In this document: positions 57,037 through 64,000 of the stretch, piece by piece
How the letters are laid out: each line of letters begins with the position of its first letter
How positions within the stretch are numbered: the stretch's first letter is position 1
Source: Thermodesulfobacteriota bacterium
GTDB taxonomy: Bacteria > Desulfobacterota > Desulfobacteria > Desulfobacterales > Desulfobacteraceae
Direction of reading: 5' to 3'
Length of the DNA stretch: 64,000 nucleotides
Assembly (NCBI GenBank): GCA_039714675.1
Contig: JBDLIV010000001.1
Coordinates: 2,747 to 66,746 of the forward strand
Program-made: the position numbers and the translations under genes
Notes under the pieces: model-generated
The model's input: only the letters and a program-made list of their open reading frames with translations
Told to the model about the DNA's origin: nothing
The model's database searches: none

Positions 57037-57861
57037 ATGGATAAAAAATCAGCATTGCTTGAAGTAAAAAAAATTTCCAAGGTTTTCTCTAAAGATACAG
57101 TGGATGAAGTTACAGCCCTGGATGATGTAAGTCTTAAAATTCATCCTGAAGATTACATAACTATAATAGGTAGTAATGGTGCCGGTAAAACCACTCTTTT
57201 GAATGTTATAGCCGGTCTTTTCCCTCCTGAACAGGGCGTAGTAAGCATTAACGGTGAAGATGTAACTTATCTTCCTGAATATGTTCGGGCAAAGTATTTT
57301 GGCAGGGTACACCAGGACCCCAAGGTTGGAACGGGCGGGAATCTAACAATAGAAGAAAATCTTGCATTTGCATTATTGCGTGGTAAGCAAAGAGGGCTAA
57401 AAACAGCTATTAATAGGGAACGGAGAGAATTGTTTCGTTTTGCTCTAAATCCTCTCGGACTTGGATTGGAAAATCGGTTAGATGCACTTGTGGGTACTCT
57501 ATCAAGTGGTCAAAGGCAGTCCATCGCTTTAACTATGGCCACCATCAGCAAACCCTCGGTTTTACTGCTCGATGAACATGTAGCCAACCTGGACCCAAGA
57601 ACAGCTCAGATTGTTTTCGATTTAACAGAGATGGTTATAAAGCGGGAAAAGCTAACAACCATGATGATAACACATGATATGGAATGTGCTTTAAAATATG
57701 GTAACCGTTTAATAATGATGCACAGAGGAAAAATCATAGTTGATTTGGGAAAAGAAGAAAAGCAAAAGCTCGCAATAAATGATTTGATCAATCTTTTTGC
57801 ACAAGCGGCTGGCGAAAAACTTACAGATGAAAAAATTTTACTTAGCCAAGGAGAGAGATAA
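57037..57861 (+). CDS. ABC transporter ATP-binding protein
   Basis: Walker A GSNGAGKT, signature LSSGQ, LLLDEH, ITHD. Confidence 0.92.
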   Translation: MDKKSALLEVKKISKVFSKDTVDEVTALDDVSLKIHPEDYITIIGSNGAGKTTLLNVIAGLFPPEQGVVSINGEDVTYLPEYVRAKYFGRVHQDPKVGTGGNLTIEENLAFALLRGKQRGLKTAINRERRELFRFALNPLGLGLENRLDALVGTLSSGQRQSIALTMATISKPSVLLLDEHVANLDPRTAQIVFDLTEMVIKREKLTTMMITHDMECALKYGNRLIMMHRGKIIVDLGKEEKQKLAINDLINLFAQAAGEKLTDEKILLSQGER

Positions 57862-58044
57862 AATTCCTTTTTAGCAGGTTCTGTGTCAGGTTCTCTTCAC
57901 TTGATTGGCTAAAATTATCAGGAAATTTTATTTAAAAAGGATTTTGACATTTTAAATAATCTTTTTTTAATCTTCACAAATATAGCCATTATTCATTAAA
58001 GATGCACAGTCGTTTTCTTTGATATTTTTTGTTTTTCTTTTTTC

Positions 58045-58078
58045 TTGACATTCTAATTTAATATATTTAGAATGTTAA
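58045..58078 (+). promoter_or_regulatory. Paired operator boxes overlapping the promoter of the aminotransferase-ior operon
   Basis: TTGACATTCTAA-N10-TTAGAATGTTAA (11/12 inverted repeat); TTGACA-17-TAGAAT. An extra single box lies at 57944-57955. Confidence 0.78.
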
Positions 58079-58159
58079 AAAAATTGAAGTTCAGTAAAAT
58101 CAGCAAAATTACAATGTTTAAGGCAGTCGGATTTATATAAAATTTTAACGAGGAAAAGT

Positions 58160-59347
58160 ATGGGTATTTCAAAAAAAATGGCAATAGCAATTGAGTCAGG
58201 GGGATGGATTAGAAAAATGTTCATGGAAGGCGCTCAGCTCAAGGCTGAATATGGAGAGGAGAATGTCTTTGATTTTACCATTGGCAACCCTCCTGAAGGC
58301 CCGCCTGCAACATGCCTTCAAGCCCTTAAAGGGTTAGTTGATGATCCACCGCCAAACACCCACGCCTATATGCCCAATGCAGGTTTTCCCCAGGTCAGGG
58401 AAGCAATTGCCCGGAATATTGTACAGGATTGCAATATGGAAATGCAGATGTCACAGGTTGTTATGACATGCGGGGCTGGTGGAGCTATAAATGTAGCCCT
58501 GAAAACTCTTCTTGATCCTGGAGATGAAGTTCTTATACTGGCACCCTATTTTCTCGAATATCCTGCATGGATAGACAATCACGGTGGCAAATCAGTTGTT
58601 GTGCCAACAACCGGTAAGTTTCAACTCGATATAACAGCAATTGAAAATGCCATAACAAAAAAAACCAGAGCTATTTTGCTTAACTCCCCTAACAATCCTA
58701 CCGGTGTGGTATACCCGGAAGACCAGATCAAAGAGTTGGGAGATATTGTCCGTACCCGCAGCAAGGCATTAAACAGTGATATTTATGTCATTAATGATGA
58801 ACCCTACCGAAAATACCTCTATGGCGGGATTAAATTTCCTCACATATTCAAGTACATTGACAATGCTTTGATTGCATATTCCCACTCAAAAGATCTCTGC
58901 CTTGGCGGTGAGCGAATCGGCTATCTTGCTGCCAGCCCAAATTGTGCTGATCTTAAACGCCTTGAAGCGGCAATGGTTCATGCCAACCGCACCCTTGGTT
59001 TTGTAAATGCCCCATCTTTAATGCAGCTTCTCGTGGCAGATCTTCAACATGTAATGCCGAACATTGATGCCTACCATCGTCGCAGGGATCTCCTTTATGA
59101 AATTATTACATCGGCAGGATTTGAAACAGCCAAGCCACAGGGCGGGTTCTATCTTTTTGCCAAATCACCCATTGCAGATGATGTTGCTTTTATTGAGGCA
59201 GCCAGTAAAAAACGACTGCTGCTGGTGCCTGGTTCGGGTTTCAATGCGCCGGGCTATTTCAGGGTTGTTTTTTGTATTCCTTCAAAAGCAATAGAACGAT
59301 CCCGAAAAGTATGGACAGAGCTTGGCAAAGAATTTCACACAATCTAA
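58160..59347 (+). CDS. Class I/II PLP-dependent aminotransferase
   Basis: NSPNNPTG, DEPY, SHSKDLCLGGERIG. Confidence 0.93.
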   Translation: MGISKKMAIAIESGGWIRKMFMEGAQLKAEYGEENVFDFTIGNPPEGPPATCLQALKGLVDDPPPNTHAYMPNAGFPQVREAIARNIVQDCNMEMQMSQVVMTCGAGGAINVALKTLLDPGDEVLILAPYFLEYPAWIDNHGGKSVVVPTTGKFQLDITAIENAITKKTRAILLNSPNNPTGVVYPEDQIKELGDIVRTRSKALNSDIYVINDEPYRKYLYGGIKFPHIFKYIDNALIAYSHSKDLCLGGERIGYLAASPNCADLKRLEAAMVHANRTLGFVNAPSLMQLLVADLQHVMPNIDAYHRRRDLLYEIITSAGFETAKPQGGFYLFAKSPIADDVAFIEAASKKRLLLVPGSGFNAPGYFRVVFCIPSKAIERSRKVWTELGKEFHTI

Positions 59348-59422
59348 TGAAAATACAAAAAACAGAGGGCAAATCAACAATCTTAAAGATTAAGCCTTAA
59401 TTTACAAGGAGTTATTATAATA

Positions 59423-60751
59423 ATGAATGCAGAACAAAAAAATTTAGAATTTTATTTTGATCGTTACCCGGAAGTCCCTTTTGAAGTTATTATCAAAGAA
59501 GATCTTCTCAGGCTGGGTATAAAATTTACTGATGCAGCTATGGAAGCTGCCAAAGGATGCCGCCTTAAATCCTATTTTCTATTTTCCTATGATCGTATTG
59601 CCCATGATGAGATGGGAAAAGATGAAACATACAGAGTTCCGGAAGATATTGTCTTTTCAGGCGGGCCTTATGGGCTGAGAAAAACCGTTGTCAGGGTATC
59701 TGTGGGCGGTGAGACTCCATACCTGATAGATGCACGGGATGGTAATATTGTTTTATACGAAGGAGAGAAGAAAATAGCCGAGGTTGAATATCCTACCATT
59801 CCTGAATATTACAGTCAGAAACTTGAAGATGGAACTGGTTATGGGCAGATGATACCACTTCTTTTCGGACGTCAGGCCTTTGCCACAATTAATAGAACCT
59901 GCTCAAACTGGAGCACAGGGGATGAATGCCTGTTCTGTGACATCAATGCAAACCTTCGGGATTTGAAGAAAAGAAAAGGCGGGACCCAGGCAGATCACGT
60001 TGTCTATGATACGGTCAAGGACCCTGAAAAAATTGCAACAGTGCTTGAAGGCATGCACAAAAGCATGTTTGTAGACAACAAGGAATCACTGGCAAACCGG
60101 ATGGTTTGCTTTATCATGACTGCGGGCACCATCAAAACGAAACTTAAAGGAATGACTGCCAATGAATTCCATCTTTCCTTTGTAAATGCAATAAGAGGAA
60201 GGATCGGGAACCGGACACCAATAGCCCTGATTGTTGATCCGGGTTCAAAAGAAGATGTCAAAAGGCTCTATGAAGCCGGGGTCACTTCCTATAATCCCAA
60301 TTATGAAGTCTGGGATAAAAAATTATTTAAAACACTTTGTCCAGGAAAAGAAAAAAACATTGGAAGGGACGAATGGATCAGGCGAACCATAGAAGCAGTA
60401 GACATCTTTGGCGATGGCAGGGTAAGCCCTAACTATGTAGCAGGCGTTGAAATGGCACAACCATACGGATTTAAAGATGTAGACCAGGCAATCGCATCTT
60501 TGCGTGAAGGTCTTGATTTTTTCATGTCCCATGGAGTTGTTCCGCATCCTGACAGCTGGTGCATTGAGCCTCTTTCTGCTCTGGGCGGACATCCTGTCCT
60601 GCCTTTGGATTACTATATCAAGGCAGACCAGGCCTGGTACGAAACCTGGCTTAAGTATGATCTTCCTCCAAACCCGGGCTGGGGCCCAATCGGCAATGGA
60701 CGGGGTGTTTATGGGAACAGTGCTTTTGTGGACATGCGGGAAAAACGATAA
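59423..60751 (+). CDS. Radical SAM-superfamily protein with a CX8CX2C motif, function unknown
   Basis: CSNWSTGDECLFC; LYEAGV..YNPNYEVWD..LF...CPGK; YVAGVE. Confidence 0.8.
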   Translation: MNAEQKNLEFYFDRYPEVPFEVIIKEDLLRLGIKFTDAAMEAAKGCRLKSYFLFSYDRIAHDEMGKDETYRVPEDIVFSGGPYGLRKTVVRVSVGGETPYLIDARDGNIVLYEGEKKIAEVEYPTIPEYYSQKLEDGTGYGQMIPLLFGRQAFATINRTCSNWSTGDECLFCDINANLRDLKKRKGGTQADHVVYDTVKDPEKIATVLEGMHKSMFVDNKESLANRMVCFIMTAGTIKTKLKGMTANEFHLSFVNAIRGRIGNRTPIALIVDPGSKEDVKRLYEAGVTSYNPNYEVWDKKLFKTLCPGKEKNIGRDEWIRRTIEAVDIFGDGRVSPNYVAGVEMAQPYGFKDVDQAIASLREGLDFFMSHGVVPHPDSWCIEPLSALGGHPVLPLDYYIKADQAWYETWLKYDLPPNPGWGPIGNGRGVYGNSAFVDMREKR

Positions 60752-60760
60752 GGTGAATTA

Positions 60761-61807
60761 ATGAAAAACAGTGCAAAGGATAACCTGAAGCAGCAGGTAA
60801 TTGATCAGCAGAAATGTACCCAGTGCGGGGCATGTGTCAATATTTGTCCATATACTGAATATTATGAGGATAGGATTATCCCATTATATCATTGTGATTT
60901 GCAGGAAGGCAGTTGTTATGATATCTGCCCGGGAACACCGACTGATTTCAAAGCTTTGCAATCCCTGATGTTTGACAAGCAAGATATCACAAGCGAGATT
61001 GGTTCTGTAAAAGAATTCTGTATTACAAGATCCAGTGATCAGGATATTCGGATAAATGCCCAGCACGGAGGGACAGTCTCAACTCTGATTTCTCTTGCAT
61101 TGTCAGAGGGGGTGATTGATGCTGCTGTACTGGCAGGAGAACAGGATGTTCTCTTGCCGAAGCAAACTGCGGTTACCGACTCTTCCCGGATTCTTGAGTT
61201 TGCAAAAAGCAAGTTTGTTGTTTCTCCCACCGTGGCTGAATTCAATGCTCTGGCCTCCAAAAACGAGGTACAGAAAATCGGAGTGGTGGCAACCCCGTGC
61301 CAGGCGCTGGCTCTTGCCAAAATGAGGTTGAGTAATGATCCAAGGATACAAGCCAATATTAAAAAATTGAAACTGGTCATAGGCCTTTTCTGCGGCTGGA
61401 CATTTTCATGGGAGGCTTTAAAAAAAGTCATTGATGAACATGTCGGTCTTAAAAATGTGCTGGGCATGGATATACCGCCGAGTAAATATCATAATTTAAA
61501 GGTGTTTACCCCGACCGGTGAAACAGATATCTCTCTTGATGATTTAATGCCCTGTATCAACCCTGCCTGCAACAGCTGCATTGATATGACTGCGGAATTC
61601 AGTGACATCTCTGTTGGCTCTGCCAGGTTAAAGGAAGGGTGGGAGACAGCAAAGTCCTGGAATCATACACTTGTCAGGACCATCGCCGGTGAAAAACTGA
61701 TACAGACAGCAAAATCCCATGGCTTATTGGAATTTAAGGACGTTCCTGAAGGAAATCTTGAAAAATTGAAGCGGGCAGCCTTAAATAAAAAGGAGAATCT
61801 TGAATGA
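60761..61807 (+). CDS. FrhB/FdhB-family (F420 hydrogenase beta-like) Fe-S flavoprotein
   Basis: CTQCGACVNICP, QHGGTVS, VATPCQ, IGLFC, CNSCID...SDISVG. Confidence 0.88.
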   Translation: MKNSAKDNLKQQVIDQQKCTQCGACVNICPYTEYYEDRIIPLYHCDLQEGSCYDICPGTPTDFKALQSLMFDKQDITSEIGSVKEFCITRSSDQDIRINAQHGGTVSTLISLALSEGVIDAAVLAGEQDVLLPKQTAVTDSSRILEFAKSKFVVSPTVAEFNALASKNEVQKIGVVATPCQALALAKMRLSNDPRIQANIKKLKLVIGLFCGWTFSWEALKKVIDEHVGLKNVLGMDIPPSKYHNLKVFTPTGETDISLDDLMPCINPACNSCIDMTAEFSDISVGSARLKEGWETAKSWNHTLVRTIAGEKLIQTAKSHGLLEFKDVPEGNLEKLKRAALNKKENLE

Positions 61808-63714
61808 ATATGATTGTTAGCAATAAAACAGGCGAAACAGCTTTATTCATGGGAAATGAAGCAATTGCCAGGGGAGCTTTGGAGGCTGGTGTCAGTATCT
61901 GTGCAGCATACCCTGGAAATCCTTCGTCAGATATCATTAAAGCTTTGGCGGAAGTCGGGCCTGAAATGGGCATTCATGTAGAATGGTCAGTTAATGAAAA
62001 AGTGGCTCTTGAAGTGGCAGCATCGGCAGCAATGACCGGACTGAGAGGCCTGGCTGCAATGAAACAGAATGGATTGAATGTTGCTTCTGACTTTTTGCTT
62101 AACCTTAACCTTTCAGGAATTCGTGGCGGACTGGTACTTGTTGTCTGCGATGATCCGGGTGGAATTTCATCAACCAATGAGCAGGATTCCCGGCTGTTTG
62201 CAAAAATGGGCGAACTGCCCCTGTTTGAACCATCAACGTTTCAGGAAGCCAAAGATATGGTTGTTGAGGCTTTTGAACTTTCAGAAAAATTGGAACTGCC
62301 ATGTCTTGTAAGAAGTGTCACAAGATTGTCCCATGCAAGGGGCAATGTGGAACTGGGGTCTTTATCCACTAATGAGGTAAAACCGTTTTTTGACAGGTCA
62401 AAACCATTTATCAACATACCGTCCCCAACAAATGCCCATAAGGGACTGCGACAAAAGTTCAGCAAATGCCGGGAGATTTTTGAAAACTCACCTTACAATT
62501 ATTATTCAGGCCCTGAAAATCCGGAATTGATGTTAGTGACAAGCGGTGCAGGCCTTTTTTACAGTCAAGATGCCGTGCGTTGCCTGGATGTATCAAAGCG
62601 CACAGGAATTCTTAAAGTAGGAACAACCTCTCCGCTGCCGGAGCAATTTTTGTCTAAGCATCTGATTAAAACCCAGACAATTATATTTGTTGAAGATGGC
62701 GGCCCCTTTCTTGAAGGTAATATTCGAGAACTGTGTGCTGGCAGACCTGAATTTTCCAATACTAAATTTTTAGGAAAACTTACAGAAGATCTCCCGCCGG
62801 TTGGCGAGTTGACCCCGGATTTGATTATTGATCTTTTATGCAAAAAACTTGATATTGAATTTATTCCCAGATCAGCAGAATATAGCGAGGCTGTCAAGGC
62901 TGCTGTGCAAAACAATACGCCTGAACGCGGCAGCGGTTTTTGTGCCGGCTGCCCCCACCGGGCCACATATTGGGCAATTAAAAAAGCATTGATTCGTGAC
63001 GGCAGAGATGGTTTTGTCCTTGGGGATATCGGCTGTTATGGCATGGGTGCAGGCCCTGCAGGATATCAGCAGATGAACACTATGCAAGCCATGGGTTCGG
63101 GTGTTGGCATTGCCTCCGGGATGGGCCTGCTTGAACAGTTTGGGCTTGACCAGCCTGTTATAGCTGTCTGTGGCGATTCAACTTTTTATCATGGTGCTAT
63201 TCCTGCTTTGCTCAATGCCAATCAGCACGGTTCAAATTTTCTGTTGCTGATCCTTGATAATGATGCCACTGCCATGACCGGATTTCAACCACATCCAGGC
63301 CTTGGTAAAGATGCAATGGGACGTCAGGTGCCATCGGTAAAAATTGCTGATATCTGCCGTGCTATAGGACTTGAGCCTGAGATTCAGGACCCGTATGATC
63401 TTGACACCACCATAAAAACAATCATCCGGCTGCTTCGTGAAAAACAAGGAGCAAAAGTACTGATACTTAAAAGAGAATGCGCTCTGGTTGCGGTGAAAAG
63501 CAAAGCTCCGGCCTTTAGTATCAGCGTTGATGCAGAAAAATGCCTTGGAGATGACTGTGGATGCAATCGATTTTGTACAAGAACCTTCCGATGTCCCGGC
63601 TTAATATGGGATGCAGAAAAAAAACAGGCACAAATTGATCAGGCTGTATGTACCGGCTGCGGTGTGTGTACTCAAATCTGCCAACACCAGGCAATCATTT
63701 CAGAGGCAAGTTAA
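61804..63714 (+). CDS. iorA: Indolepyruvate:ferredoxin oxidoreductase alpha subunit
   Basis: MGNEAIARGA, YPGNPS, NEKVA, MKQNGLNVA, FCAGCPHR, GDIGC, GDSTF, C-terminal 4Fe-4S motifs. Confidence 0.93.
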   Translation: MNMIVSNKTGETALFMGNEAIARGALEAGVSICAAYPGNPSSDIIKALAEVGPEMGIHVEWSVNEKVALEVAASAAMTGLRGLAAMKQNGLNVASDFLLNLNLSGIRGGLVLVVCDDPGGISSTNEQDSRLFAKMGELPLFEPSTFQEAKDMVVEAFELSEKLELPCLVRSVTRLSHARGNVELGSLSTNEVKPFFDRSKPFINIPSPTNAHKGLRQKFSKCREIFENSPYNYYSGPENPELMLVTSGAGLFYSQDAVRCLDVSKRTGILKVGTTSPLPEQFLSKHLIKTQTIIFVEDGGPFLEGNIRELCAGRPEFSNTKFLGKLTEDLPPVGELTPDLIIDLLCKKLDIEFIPRSAEYSEAVKAAVQNNTPERGSGFCAGCPHRATYWAIKKALIRDGRDGFVLGDIGCYGMGAGPAGYQQMNTMQAMGSGVGIASGMGLLEQFGLDQPVIAVCGDSTFYHGAIPALLNANQHGSNFLLLILDNDATAMTGFQPHPGLGKDAMGRQVPSVKIADICRAIGLEPEIQDPYDLDTTIKTIIRLLREKQGAKVLILKRECALVAVKSKAPAFSISVDAEKCLGDDCGCNRFCTRTFRCPGLIWDAEKKQAQIDQAVCTGCGVCTQICQHQAIISEAS

Positions 63715-63716
63715 AA

Positions 63717-64000
63717 ATGGAAACAAAAAATGAAATTAATGTAATAATTGCCGGAGTCGGTGGGCAGGGAAATGTTCTTGCCTCACAGATACTTGGGCAG
63801 TTATTTGTGGAGCAGGGTTATAAAGTTACCATTGGAGAAACCTATGGTGTTTCCCAGCGGGGCGGTTCTGTGATGAGTCATTTGCGTCTTTCCGGCAATG
63901 AGCAGGTTTCTCCAATTATTCCCAAAGGTCTTGGAGATTTGATTGTTGCACTTGAACCTATGGAGGGTTTAAGAATTTTAGGACAATTTGGCAACCCTGA
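63717..64000 (+). CDS. iorB: Indolepyruvate:ferredoxin oxidoreductase beta subunit (3' end outside the window)
   Basis: Manual translation METKNEINVIIAGVGGQGNVLASQ...ETYGVSQRGGSVMSHLR; starts 2 nt after the iorA stop. Confidence 0.9.
   Translation, partial: METKNEINVIIAGVGGQGNVLASQILGQLFVEQGYKVTIGETYGVSQRGGSVMSHLRLSGNEQVSPIIPKGLGDLIVALEPMEGLRILGQFGNP

Noticed and set aside
1-64000. Short antisense or overlapping ORFs in the track; CRISPR, tRNA, rRNA, IS, prophage and anti-phage defence genes
   Set aside because: The short ORFs shadow well-supported genes and have no motifs. No repeat-spacer array, RNA gene, transposase, integrase or defence domain was recognisable.

Overview
AT-rich (~40% GC by eye), densely coding bacterial region. 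Gene content (IorAB, tungsten-type AOR, Cys-rich polyferredoxin, stand-alone FrhB, ADP-forming acyl-CoA synthetase) points to an anaerobic Desulfobacterota, probably Desulfobacteraceae-like; this is inference. No rRNA, tRNA, CRISPR array, phage or transposase was seen. The window looks like one large catabolic island. It holds about 13 amide/ester hydrolases from different families, a TonB-dependent receptor with a six-gene TonB2/Ttp-type energiser operon, MFS/MATE/ABC transporters, CoA ligases, a BKACE, an Ltp2/DUF35-type pair, and an aminotransferase-radical SAM-FrhB-IorAB operon. A paired 12-bp box (TTGACATGTCAA-like, 22-23 bp period, overlapping -35/-10) precedes six of the transcription units, and two close GntR paralogues lie in the window, suggesting a single regulon. 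The most unusual items are: an in-frame aldehyde:ferredoxin oxidoreductase-methionine gamma-lyase fusion; a CapA-racemase-ATP-grasp-FGase module without CapB/CapC; a dehydrogenase-BKACE-ADP-forming ligase module behind MlrB/MlrC-like peptidases; and a CX8CX2C radical SAM enzyme. The substrate cannot be determined from sequence alone.
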